DNA of 63,310 nt, counting the filler, from Octopus bimaculoides (lineage: Eukaryota): the NCBI RefSeq assembly GCF_001194135.2. It is 6 parts of 6 records of this genome, joined end to end, with 100 filler letters (N's around TTAATTAATTAA, not from the genome) between each part and the next. Parts side by side here need not be neighbours in the genome. Positions count along the whole stretch, not along the records: positions 44,181 to 56,256 come from NC_068992.1; positions 56,357 to 61,428 come from NW_026403481.1; positions 61,529 to 63,310 come from NW_026413414.1; 3 more parts are not named here. One strand, 5' to 3'. Positions within the stretch are counted from its first letter, which is position 1. Each line of letters starts with the position of its first letter. The notes under the pieces were generated by a model. It did not search any database. It had not been told where the DNA came from and was given only the letters and a program-made list of their open reading frames with translations. Position numbers and translations under genes: made by a program. Positions 51,366 to 63,310 of the stretch are shown here, piece by piece.

Positions 51366-52374
51366 TTAATCAATGCTTTCAGTGTGCTTTCAATTTTCTC
51401 TACTGTTTTGTCTTTGCTTGTTCAAAATGTTCTGAAATTTTGTTTTTGTTTCTGCATAAGTAATGCCATGTCCCTTGGAATGATATATTTCTTCATTCAG
51501 ACGTAATGAATGCCTATGTCACTTATTATTAACATTAATTATTTCAAATTTGTTTAATTATCATGTGAAGAAAGAATATTTGTAGTTAGTTAAATCAGTT
51601 TAAATTTTCCAGGATTGATCATTATTGATTCGTGAACAATTAATTCAGTTAGAATTGAGCATCATTGTTGTTGTTGTGCTGTTGATGTTGTTCTTGTTGT
51701 CATTTAGTCCCAGGTCAACTTATTCAACAGAGCTATGATCAAAACCATTCTAGACATGACCAATACATCTTTTAGGGGTATGTAAGATTACAATATCTAA
51801 TGTGTCCTTTCTTTATTTAAGGTGGTAGAGCATCATATAAAGAAGATTTGGGTGTTATTTCTTGCAGATTCAGTGGCTATAGATTCATAGGTTGCTCTCT
51901 CTTTGACTCAGAGTTGAGGTGAGGTTTTGCAAGGTGTCACTCTACAAAATCTGTTCTCAGCTACATATTGTCAAACCAATATCATTAAGTAAGCACCACC
52001 ATTATTAATGTAATCAGAAAAAAGAAAAAACTTCAAATAAAATCATCACTGCAAGGGAAGATAAGCATAGCTTGAGTGTTTAACATTAATCAAATCTAGT
52101 CAAATGAAAGGGAAGCATCTCAGAAATTTTAATTAATTAATTAAAGTTGCAATTCATATGAATGTTGAGGAAAGGAAAAAATTAGCTCAAGGACTTATAT
52201 TAACTTAATATGATCCTTCAGAAGCATGGTTGTAACACTGGATATGTTTTAGTCTTATCAGGCCTCTACAGCGAAACATAGCCTCTCTCAAACAATTGCT
52301 GGTATGTTATTAAACAGTGTGAATAAAAATCCAAAGGTTCCATCAAAAGTTAGGGTTATAATATTAGTTTCAAA

Positions 52375-52575
52375 TTTGGACACAAGGTCAGCAATTTCGA
52401 GAGAGGGGTTATGTCAATTGCATTGATCCCAGTGCTCAATTTGATACCTACTTTATCGCCCTTGGAACGATAAAAGGCAGAGTCAACATCAGCAGAATTT
52501 GAACTCAGAAAATCAAACAGACAGAAGGCCAGAAAATATTTTACCCAGAGTACAAAGGATTATGCCAGCTTGTTG
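52375..52575 (-). mobile_element. Diverged SINE family B copy
   Basis: AAAGGCAGAGTCAACATCAGCAGAATTTGAACTCAGAA. Confidence 0.7.
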
Positions 52576-52691
52576 CCCTAGCTAGGCTTATAATATTGCC
52601 ATACATTTTTATTCAAGTCACTTATGACATAAATTCTATGTATTGTCAAATATAGATTGTGTAATTTTAATTTTTATTCTATGTTGATGCA

Positions 52692-52727
<36 letters not shown>

Positions 52728-54446
52728 ACACATACGCACATGTGTGTGTGTGTTTGTGTATGTTCACATGCCTCAGTTTACTCCAATTCTTCATGTACTT
52801 CAAACTAGAAATATTCAAATGTTGACATAAGTCAGTGCTCTATTAGAAACATGTTCTGTTGTTGTTAACAAAATGGGAAGTTTACATATTTACTGGCTCA
52901 CTTCAAGAGAATTGAAGCAGAGTAATTTTCTAATTTACTTTGGAAGAATGACAAAACTTCAACCATCAGACTTACAAGAATAGACTCAAGAGTCAACAAG
53001 GAAGGTAGAAGGGGTTTGGTCTTCCACTTGCTAGACATAGAAAGCAAATTTTTCTCAAATAAGACCCCACTGACTTAAATGAAAATGAATACGTTAGGCA
53101 ACATAGCTGATGGGATAGGAATGAGTGGAATGCCTTTGATGGTTATCTGCTCACTTGAGCAGAGTTGACCTGGTGCTAAACAATAACAAAAATGATGGCA
53201 ATAGTGACAACAACAACAACATCAAGATATAAGAGTGTTAAAATGTCCTGGTCACCTAATGAGAAGATCAACTTGTGATTTATCACCTTCAGTTGGGAAA
53301 GGACACAGAGATAATATAGATCTCTGACCTTACTCTTAAAATGACGATTTTAATGATAAGTTTGCTCAATCAGTATTAACCTGGAGCTAAACAACAAAAA
53401 CAATAAACTGACTATAGATATCTGCCAGGCTGTGCATTTGCCTTGATTTTAGGGACACATTTTTAGATAAACTTTATAAGTCTAATGTACTGTATAGTCC
53501 TTTGTCTGAGCCACTGTTGTCTTTTAGACATTAGTAATCCCTTAGTAGACTATTGATCAAAGACTATATTGTCTAATATGTCCATCCTTTCCTTAAGATG
53601 GTAAGGATGTGATTTTGTGGTGATTTGGCTACTATTTCTAACTGGTTGTTCAACCAGTTAGAGGCCACATGGACTATGGAGTATTATTGTAAGATTTCAT
53701 TTAAATTTCTGTAGTTACTATTTTTAATGAACAAAAATTCGTTTAATGATCACAGGCAGGTCTGTGGTCTGTATGGTTACATAGTTTGCATTACAACTAT
53801 GTTGCTCAGGGTTCAATCTTAATGCAATATAACCTGGCCAAAGGTCTCCCTATATATCTCTTTCTGTCTACTTCTCTCTCTCTCTCTTTCTCTCCTTCTC
53901 AGATTGACAGATACTTTTGGGGTAAAGTTTAGTAGATGGAAACTATCATGAAGCCCTACATACACACACATACACACATATACATTTAGTGTATCTTTCA
54001 TCTTTCCTCTTTTACTTATTTCAGTCATTAGACTGCAGCCATGCCAGTGCACTTCCTTCAAGTTTTATGTTATGAGTTCAAATATTGCTGAGGTTGACTT
54101 TGCCTCTAATCCTTCCAGAATCAATAAAACAAGTATCAGTTGGACAAGGGGTCATTGTAACTGACTAGCCTCTAAAATTTCAGGCTTTGTGCTTATAGTA
54201 GAAAGAATTATTATTACAATCGTGATTATTATTATTATTATTATCATTATTAACATCATAATTATCACCGTCACTGTCACTATCATTATTCTTATCAATA
54301 TTGTCCTCATGATTAGCTTAACCAATTTCTTAATGTTGGTCATATCATCAACATTTCCATCAATGTGGTCATTTGATCTAATAAAAAAAACAGCCAAATC
54401 TCATTAAAATCACACCTTCATCATCTTAGAAATGAACATATTAGAT

Positions 54447-54764
54447 CAGTGATTCCCAACGTGGGACACACGCCCCACTGGTGGGACTTTGGAAAATTTT
54501 GATGGGGCATGAGACCAAAATATTTTTCTTTTGATTTTAGTAGGACATGGAATTGTGAAAATCTGTTTTTTCTTAGTCAATAATGTACTTCTTTTTGCAC
54601 TCAGAACTTAATAAAAGAGTAACCAGTAGATTTTTTTGTATTAAATAATTGCGATAAAATATTAAAAATAAAGTTGTTTTTTGCTTTCCAATAACCAGTG
54701 AGGCATAGATTTTTCTGGAAAGTTATAGTGAGGCCTGGGAAAAAAAATAGGTTGGGAAACACTG
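54447..54764. mobile_element. hAT (Charlie-like) MITE
   Basis: TIR CAGTG(A/T)TTCCCAAC (14 bp, 1 mismatch); 8-bp TSD TATTAGAT / CATTAGAT. Confidence 0.88.
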
Positions 54765-55704
54765 CATTAGATAATGTATTTATTATTCCCCTGAAGTTAG
54801 AAACAGATGGAATGGTCATAGCTGGACTGCCTTTGATCATATGCCTGCTTGATCAGGTCTTTTACCTGTGCTGAACCAACATCAACTATAAACATCACTG
54901 CCACAAACAAGTTTTATTTAATATCCTTGCCTACTTAAAACTAAATGTCAAATATATAAACATAGAATTTTTTCCTTTGTTCTTTCATTGATCTTTATAA
55001 AGAAAATTCCACTTCAGTAATTCCTTTCTTCTCTCATTTAGAGTAGAAATGGTAAATTTGTAAATATTTCACTTCCATTTTATTTATTTATTAACTTTTC
55101 TACACAGGAATATTCCATGCATTTATTTTTCACCTTTGCTTTCTATTTTCTCTTTCACATTTCTCTCATTTTCTGTATCAGCTTTTTTTTTATTTACTTA
55201 TGTATATATTTATTACTATTGTTTTTCAACAGATGAAAAAGGGGAGGAAAAATGTTCTTTATACAGTTATCCTCTCATTTCACCCTCTCCTATCTATTCT
55301 TCAAACCCCAGTTTCTTTATCTCATCCCTTTTATTCTGCCTCCCCAATATACCCATTCCTTATTTCTCAATCTCCCTAAATGATTTTTTCTTCTTTCTCT
55401 TATTTACCTTTCCATGGCACTTTCTACCATTTTCAAAAAATTCTGAATTTCCTTGCATTATCAAATGAGGCAGGGGGAAATAATGGCTAAATCTCTCTTT
55501 AATATACCAGTATATTAAAAGAAAGAAGTGCACAGTAGATTATATATGTACGCCTAGAAATCCTTTAAACAAATGGGAGAGTCATGGCTGGAATTCCTTT
55601 GATCATAGGTCTACTCAATAAAGATAAACCTGGAGGCTAAATAACAGACATTAAACAATAATGATTGTGTGTGTGTGTGTATAAATATATATATAATGTG
55701 TGTG

Positions 55705-55915
55705 TGTGTATCTTCATAATTTAATATCCATCTTCCATGTTCTTGGACTGTTGGATAGAATTTTACAAGCATTAGGATTGCATCATGCACCAGTGTCTGC
55801 TTTGGCATGGTTTCTACAGGTGGGTGCCTTTCCAAACGCCAAATACTTTACAGAGTGTTCTGGGTGGTGTGTCCATGGCACCAGCACCAGTGAGGTCACC
55901 AAGTTACGTACAAGA
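55705..55915 (-). mobile_element. Old RTE-tail repeat copy
   Basis: Reverse complement reads GGCGTTTGGAAAGGCACCCACCTGTAGAAACCATGCC...GGATATTAAATTATGAAGAT. Confidence 0.65.
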
Positions 55916-56188
55916 CAAAAATGTCCTTTCGCCTGAGTATGAGTTTAGTAGAGAGAGGGAGAGAGAGAGAGAGTTGGCTCTATGCTAAGTGTTTAAAGGC
56001 TAAATTTTGATAAAGGGGCCCCCTGCTGTAGAGAATGTATATACACACATAAACATGTATATTTGTACACACACACATTTGTGTGTCTGTATAAATATGT
56101 GTGTGCAGATATATGTGTATAGATAGTTATTTCTATGTATATATACATACTATTCACACACAAAGACACATACACATGCATACCTATG

Positions 56189-56256
<68 letters not shown>

Positions 56257-57229
56257 NNNNNNNNNNNNNNNNNNNNNNNNNNNNNNNNNNNNNNNNNNNN
56301 TTAATTAATTAANNNNNNNNNNNNNNNNNNNNNNNNNNNNNNNNNNNNNNNNNNNNAAAAACTAAGCTAAGAGCAGTAGATTCCTTGGAAGAAAGCAGCG
56401 AATGTACACAAAAACAAGGACGGAAGAAACGAACAATGTTACACAAATACAGTAGGAATAATAACGGGACATAACAACAGATGTCTTTTGACTAAGGACG
56501 AATAAAATTAAGCTGACATATATGGAGATAAGGCCTTACAGCCGGGATACAAGATTTCACAGACACAGGGTGAAATAACGATGTTGCATGCACAACAGCC
56601 GCCCAAGAAAGAAAGGTCAGGCTTGGCCGAACGCCGGTCATGTGGGAAGAGAAGGGAGAGAGGTAGAGGCAGAGGGACAAAAGAATTAAGGAGGGGCGAG
56701 AAAAAATGACAGGGCCACAGTGAAGTGAAAAGTGGAGGGAGAAGAGATATATGGAAAGAAAAGTCAAGGTAGAAAATGCTAAAATAATTTTATAAAAAAC
56801 ATTTCAGTACCAGTTTCAGTCATTGAGACTTTTTCAACTGTAAGTATGGAAAGTAATTGAATTTTGGTCACTTTGTTTACCTTATATTGTTGACCGTGGT
56901 GGACTCTGGGTATCGCTCTGGCGGATAGGTGCTTGCGACTGCGGAAGGGCCAAATTACTCGAAATTGAGTCAGTCTCGCGATACTGTTACCTGCTGGAGG
57001 GTGGTAGGGGTATGCCCCCCACCCCCGCTAACATTATATTATATATAAAGGGTGCAGAGTCGCACTGATAACCTGAGAATCTGCTTGGGATTAAACTAGT
57101 ACGAACATGGAACTAGCACTTTGATGTAGCGACTTAAACACGCGCGCGCACACACGCACACACACACACAAAATTAGAAATATTGCATTTCTAAATCTCT
57201 CAGAGAGACTTATACAGTAGCAGCATACG

Positions 57230-57402
57230 ATAAAGTGATGGCTTGCTGCCAACTTAATGTGGCAGTCCGAGGAAAGAGAAAAATGCTACTGCTATTTAGC
57301 CCCAGGAAACATGCCAACTTGAAACGGTGTTTCCTAGGGCTAAATAGCAGTAGCATTTTTCCCTTTCCTGGGACTGCCACATTAAGTTGGCAACAAACCA
57401 TC

Positions 57403-57409
<7 letters not shown>
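57230..57409. mobile_element. Fold-back palindrome / MITE
   Basis: 82-bp arms 57230-57311 and 57328-57409 with 5 mismatches, 16-bp loop; TA at both outer ends. Confidence 0.8.
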
Positions 57410-57438
<29 letters not shown>

Positions 57439-57534
57439 CATACATATATGTATGTATATATGTATATATTTGTACATCTATATATAGGTACATATATATG
57501 TGCATGCGTGGGTATATAAATTTGTGTGTGTATG

Positions 57535-57948
57535 AAATTGTCGCCTTTCTACTCTAGGCACAAGGCCCGAAATTTTTGGATAGGGGGCCAGTCGATTAGA
57601 TCGACCACAGTACACAACTAGTACTTAATTTATCGACTCTGAAGTGATGAAAGGCAAAGTCGACCTCGGCGGAATTTGAACACAGAACATAAAGACAGAC
57701 GAAATACCGCTAAGCATTTCGCCCGGCGTGATAACATTTCTTATTTCTTTATTGCTCACAAGGGGCTACACACAGAGGGGAAAAACAAGGACAGACAAAT
57801 GGATTAAGTCGATTCTATCGATCTCAGTGGGTAACTGGTACTTATTTAATCGACCCCAAAAGGATGAAAGGCAAAGTTGACCTCGGCGGAATTTGAACTC
57901 AGAACGTAGCGTCAGACGAAATCCTGCTAAGCATTTCGCATAGTGCTA
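57535..57948 (-). mobile_element. Dimeric SINE family B copy
   Basis: Two cores joined by the TTTGTCTGTCCTTG...GCCCCTTGTGAGCAATAAAGAAATAAGAA linker, as at 19516-19914. Confidence 0.87.
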
Positions 57949-58084
57949 NNNNNNNNNNNNNNNNNNNNNNNNNNNNNNNNNNNNNNNNNNNNNNNNNNNN
58001 NNNNNNNNNNNNNNNNNNNNNNNNNNNNNNNNNNNNNNNNNNNNNNNNNNNNNNNNNNNNNNNNNNNNNNNNNNNNNNNNNNNN

Positions 58085-58597
58085 TAAAAACAGTAAATAA
58101 AAATATACAAGGGAAATAACTTAACGTCTTACTAGTATTATCCGTACTACTCTGAAATGTGTTTTTTTTTTAGCTGTTTATAAATAAATCACACACGTGA
58201 TTGAAGTTAACTGTTTATATATAAATCACACATGTGATTGAATATCAGAGTACCGGCTGAGAGATCGAAAATGCCTCGTGGAAGACCGGCTACACAACAA
58301 CTTATTGTTCCTCAAAATGAAATCCTCACTCAATTAATAATATTAGAAGAATATTAGTGAATTATGCAGCAGTTCAAGACACAAAATGTTGGAATGGTGT
58401 GCGCGCCGTCGGCTAATGAGGAATAAGTTTACCTGCGAGGATTGTTTAGTACCATGCGGACTTGTTAAAAAAACCAAAAAAACACGTGTGATTTATTTAT
58501 AAACAGCTAAAAAAAAAAAACATTTCAGATTAGTACGGATGATACTGACGTTAAGTTATTTCCCTTGTATGTTTTTATTTACTTTTTTACCACCCTA
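58085..58597. mobile_element. Non-autonomous DNA transposon with about 110-bp TIRs and TAGGGTGG terminus
   Basis: 58085-58199 is the reverse complement of about 58483-58589 apart from small indels; right end ...ACCACCCTA; extreme left end in gap. Confidence 0.8.
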
Positions 58598-58611
58598 AAC
58601 TTGAAGATTAC

Positions 58612-58745
58612 CCTTATTTAATCAACCCCGAAAGAATGAAAGGCAAAGTTGACCTCGGCGGAGTTTGAACTCAGAATGTAACGGAAAACGAAATACTGCT
58701 AAGCATTTCACTTGGCGTGCTAACGTTTCTGCTAGCTCGCTGCAA
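58612..58745 (-). mobile_element. SINE family B 5' part
   Basis: AAAGGCAAAGTTGACCTCGGCGGAGTTTGAACTCAG. Confidence 0.82.
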
Positions 58746-59039
58746 TATATTAAAATACTATATAGTAAAGTGAACTATAAAATAATAATCAAAGGGACAT
58801 AACTTCAAGAATTAAAATTTGAGTTATTTCCCCTAACTGGTAAATTTTTAACTAACAAACACTCGTTTTTATTTAAATATAGCCAGGGATCTTGCGATTT
58901 TTTGAACGAATAGACCGAGGTTCTCTACTATATTTTGCTTAACGGCCCTTTTGAATGCTGTTTTATTCTGGTGGACATAGTCATTCCATGTTAGAAAGCC
59001 ATGTAGATGGCCAGGCGTGTCTGTGTGATAAAAAATTTT

Positions 59040-59640
59040 GTGTCGGAATAATTGTGAAGTATGTTCTACAAACCCATATATGAACTGCAGAAAGAAAAAC
59101 ACTGTACCAAGAATGCGCGATTATCCCAGAGTCATATATTGGTGAGACTTCTAGGAGCATCAATGATAGAACACCTGAAAAACTACATGTAAAAAAAATA
59201 AAAAATAAACGCCAGCTTCTATCAGCATGCTGTAGACTGAAATTGTTTCCTTAGGGAGACTTAGGTTAAATATCCTATTAACACATCCCACTAATGTAAT
59301 CATGAGACAAGTTACCGAAGCTGTCTGTATACAGGAATACAAACCCACCCTTAACCATAAATCCGAATTGGTTAACACCCAGATTCCACTCGGGAGTACC
59401 CATCTATAATCACCCCTTTCTCTCATTTACATGTAGAAAACCATACATACATGTTTGGATCGCTAGCTACTGAAGCTTTTTTTATTCTCTCTCTGTTTAT
59501 TTTCTCGTGTTCCTTTCTGTTGAAGAGCGTAGGCTCGAAACGTAAAAGACTTTCTCACCTTCCCAAGCGTTAAACTATGTAAACACCTGTTTACATACCT
59601 GTCTTCGTCTTTTGTTTTTTTTTTGTAAATTCCAACTATA
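59040..59640 (+). mobile_element. Penelope-like GIY-YIG C-terminus followed by pseudo-LTR with hammerhead-like motif
   Basis: NCRKKNTV, ESYIGETSRSINDR (YIG at 59135), MRQVTEAVCIQEYKPTLN; motif at 59513-59548. Confidence 0.75.
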
Positions 59641-60023
59641 TATAATCGTATGTGTAGATGTATGTGTACTTTAGGGTGCGCGTGTATGTGTGTACATGTG
59701 TGTATGAATGCGTGTGAGTACATGTGTGTGTATGAATGTGTATATGCATGCATGTATGACAATGTGTGTATGTGTATACATATGTATATATTACATATAT
59801 ATATATATATATGTACACATATATATGCATATGGGTATGTAAAATATAATGAAAAAAAGTTTTTTCAATTTCAACCGTTGTCCGGGAAAATAGTGACATA
59901 TATATGTGTAGCTGGATAAGCATATATATATGTGTATATTTTAAGGTCATACATATATGTGTGTGTATACGTGTTTATATGATTGTGTGTGCTTGTACAC
60001 ATGTATAGGCAGGTATTATATTT

Positions 60024-60079
<56 letters not shown>

Positions 60080-60502
60080 NNNNNNNNNNNNNNNNNNNNN
60101 NNNNNNNNNNNNNNNNNNNNNNNNNNNNNNNNNNNNNNNNNNNNNNNNNNNNNNNNNNNNNNNNNNNNNNNNNNNNNNNNNNNNNNNNNNNNNNNNNNNN
60201 NNNNNNNNNNNNNNNNNNNNNNNNNNNNNNNNNNNNNNNNNNNNNNNNNNNNNNNNNNNNNNNNNNNNNNNNNNNNNNNNNNNNNNNNNNNNNNNNNNNN
60301 NNNNNNNNNNNNNNNNNNNNNNNNNNNNNNNNNNNNNNNNNNNNNNNNNNNNNNNNNNNNNNNNNNNNNNNNNNNNNNNNNNNNNNNNNNNNNNNNNNNN
60401 NNNNNNNNNNNNNNNNNNNNNNNNNNNNNNNNNNNNNNNNNNNNNNNNNNNNNNNNNNNNNNNNNNNNNNNNNNNNNNNNNNNNNNNNNNNNNNNNNNNN
60501 NN

Positions 60503-60539
<37 letters not shown>

Positions 60540-60588
60540 CAAAAATATTTGAGTGTTTACACAAGAAATAAGGATACTCTTTGGTTAT

Positions 60589-60883
60589 CTCACCCCCATT
60601 AAAAAATTGGGTTATCTCCCCACTAAAATGTTCAGTTCATGTGGCGACAAGAGACTGGATTAAAAGAGTTAGATCCTTATGATTCAATACTTCAACACAT
60701 CGCTGACGTTTGGCCTCCTCAATAGGCATGGTGTGATTTGTTATAAAAAAAAGTTATTAGATGCAATAAGATGTTTCATGTTTTCAGTTATCATGTTTAT
60801 TATTAAAAAAAATTTTTTTTGTTTTATTGAGGGTTAAACAATTTTGTTGGGGGTAGATAACCCAATTTTTTAATGGGGGTGAG
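60589..60883. mobile_element. MITE with about 34-bp TIRs
   Basis: CTCACCCCCATTAAAAAATTGGGTTATCT-CCCCA at 60589-60622 and its inverse at 60849-60883; TSD ambiguous. Confidence 0.7.
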
Positions 60884-61335
60884 GGAAATAAGATGTCACT
60901 ACTGTTAATACCATCTGCGGTGAATATTTATAAATGATAATATTAACAGCAGTATCATAGCAGGTTCAACAGATCTAATAGCATTATATAGCTATAAAAT
61001 TTAAAGTTAGTACAAGGCATAGGGATGCAGAAATAACATCGACCTGTTTAGAAATATGAGCTAAATTCCTAATTCAGCTGCTAGAAAGCACAAAATTACA
61101 GAAAAACAAAAGTAGGCGAGGAAACGGATAAAGAATTAAGACATAAAAAAAAGCACAGCGAGACTGTGTATGGTGTTCCATAAAATAATAAGTTAAAAAC
61201 ACAAAATATATATAAGCACAAACAAACGGAAAACAGACACAAAAGGTCGCATCATCAGTTATCGTCCAAAGTATCTACGCAATTTTGCACCTTCAACGAT
61301 AATATTGTTCCCCTTTCTTATACATGTACATACAT

Positions 61336-61372
<37 letters not shown>

Positions 61373-61575
61373 TGGATGTATATATATATACATGTATATA
61401 TATATACATATATATATACATATATATANNNNNNNNNNNNNNNNNNNNNNNNNNNNNNNNNNNNNNNNNNNNTTAATTAATTAANNNNNNNNNNNNNNNN
61501 NNNNNNNNNNNNNNNNNNNNNNNNNNNNTGTGTATGTTGAACATATGTATATGTGGTCACACATGGGTAAATATA

Positions 61576-61680
61576 CAGTAATGCCTCGACACACCAGTTA
61601 ATCCGTTCCCGGAGAACGCTCGTAAAGCGAAAACTCGTAAAAACTCGTAAAGCAGGTAGTTGTAAAGTGAGGTATTACTG
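61576..61680. mobile_element. 105-bp Tc1/mariner (pogo/Tigger-like) MITE
   Basis: TIR CAGTAAT(G/A)CCTC; TA on both sides (61574-61575, 61681-61682); internal CTCGTAAA three times. Confidence 0.78.
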
Positions 61681-62659
61681 TATATTGAACGAATAAGATG
61701 GCGGAAATGCTTAGAGAGCTTTATCGTGGAATAATACAAAGCACACGGAATACAACACCATATGATTTCCATAAGAAAAATATAGTGAAAACAGAGAGAG
61801 CAAAACGTTTGGGATCACTCAAACAAGACATTTAATCTAGATAATATAAACAGGCACACGCCGGGTGGAAAGACTTCCGCCTGTCCCTCCCATTTTCTCC
61901 CAAATTTGTTTATTTTTGTAATTTTTTTTGCCAAAAATCCCCGTTTTCGGATATGGAGGTTCCCGAAAATTGCCAAAAATCAGCATTGTGAAATTTCCCC
62001 CCACCTTCCCCCAATTACTTCAATTTTGACTTTTTACCCCAACACTAACCCTAAAACCTTAACCCTAACTATAACCCTAAAACCGTAACCGTAGGTACAG
62101 AAATGTTTTGAAATTTTTATCCGAATCGTGATGTCCATATTTTTCCGCATATTTAGAAAAAAAAAAAATTCTGAAAAAAGTTTTAAATGAANNNNNNNNN
62201 NNNNNNNNNNNNNNNNNNNNNNNNNNNNNNNNNNNNNNNNNNNNNNNNNNNNNNNNNNNNNNNNNNNNNNNNNNNNNNNNNNNNNNNNNNNNNNNNNNNN
62301 NNNNNNNNNNNNNNNNNNNNNNNNNNNNNNNNNNNNNNNNNNNNNNNNNNNNNNNNNNNNNNNNNNNNNNNNNNNNNNNNNNNNNNNNNNNNNNNNNNNN
62401 NNNNNNNNNNNNNNNNNNNNNNNNNNNNNNNNNNNNNNNNNNNNNNNNNNNNNNNNNNNNNNNNNNNNNNNNNNNNNNNNNNNNNNNNNNNNNNNNNNNN
62501 NNNNNNNNNNNNNNNNNNNNNNNNNNNNNNNNNNNNNNNNNNNNNNNNNNNNNNNNNNNNNNNNNNNNNNNNNNNNNNNNNNNNNNNNNNNNNNNNNNNN
62601 NNNNNNNNNNNNNNNNNNNNNNNNNNNNNNNNNNNNNNNNNNNNNNNNNNNNNNNNNNN

Positions 62660-62798
62660 GAGTTCAAATTCAGCCGAGGTCGACTTCGCCTTTCATCCTT
62701 TCGGTGTCGATAAATTAAGTACCAGTTGCGTACTGGAGTCGATCTAATTGACTGACCCCCACCTCCCCAAAAATTTTGTGCCTAGAGTAGAAAAGAAT
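62660..62798 (+). mobile_element. SINE family B 3' part
   Basis: GAGTTCAAATTCAGCCGAGGTCGACTTCGCCTTTCATCC...CCTAGAGTAGAAAAGAA. Confidence 0.85.
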
Positions 62799-62806
62799 AT
62801 ATATAT

Positions 62807-63180
62807 AGGCGCAGGTGTGGCTGTGTGGTAACAAGCTTGCTTCCCAATCACATGATACCGGGTTCAGTCTCACTGTGCAGCGTCTTGGTCGTGTCTTACT
62901 TTAGCCTCAGGCTGATTAAAGCCTTGTGAGTGGATTTGGTAGACGGAAACTGAAAGAAGCCTGTCATATATATGTATGTATGTTTGTGTCTGTGTTTGTT
63001 TCCCCCCATCACCGTTTGGCAACCGATGTTGGTATGTTTACGTCCCTGTAACTTAGAAGTGACTGATAGAATAAGTACTAATCTTAAAAAAAGAGCTAGG
63101 GTCGGTTTGTTCAACTAAAACCCTTCAAAGTAGTGCTCCAGTATGGCTGCAGTCAAATGACTGAAACAAGCAAAAGAATT
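62807..63180 (+). mobile_element. Full-length SINE family C
   Basis: AGGCGCAGGTGTGGCTGTGTGG head through GTGCTCCAGTATGGCTGCAGTCAAATGACTGAAACAAG tail. Confidence 0.9.
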
Positions 63181-63310
63181 TAAAAAAATACATGTTTATA
63201 TTCTCTGTCTAAATTAAATGTCTTCTTCAAGTGATGCCGAACGTTTTACTTTGTCATTTTTACTATAGTCTATATCTATCCGCTTATAGCCACTTCTGAT
63301 AAGCAGTCTT

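Overview
Eukaryotic, very AT-rich, gap-riddled scaffold. The repeat landscape (tRNA-headed SINE families, extreme microsatellite load, Penelope/RTE/R4 LINE debris, mariners) suggests a coleoid cephalopod such as Octopus; this is inference, not verified. Only one convincing host gene is present: an intronless, divergent tetraspanin (23846-24493, +). The rest is mobile DNA: at least 4 SINE families, about 5 Penelope-like remnants (GIY-YIG endonuclease, pseudo-LTRs), RTE, R4/Dong-like and CR1-like LINE ends, a Helitron helicase fragment, a gag fragment, three Tc1/mariner transposase relics and several MITEs with TIRs/TSDs. The most unusual signals are: (i) a tRNA-headed element with a head-to-head inverted copy and a hammerhead-ribozyme-like tail (18244-18674), plus a set of variant minimal hammerhead motifs; (ii) a TIR element with 8-bp TSD built around a perfect telomeric-repeat palindrome; (iii) LINE 3' ends that run directly into SINE tails, pointing to SINE-LINE partners; (iv) a 46-bp locally templated inverted insertion. 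Nearly all ORFs in the supplied track are microsatellite or N artefacts. Repeat boundaries were placed by eye and are approximate unless TIR/TSD coordinates are given.
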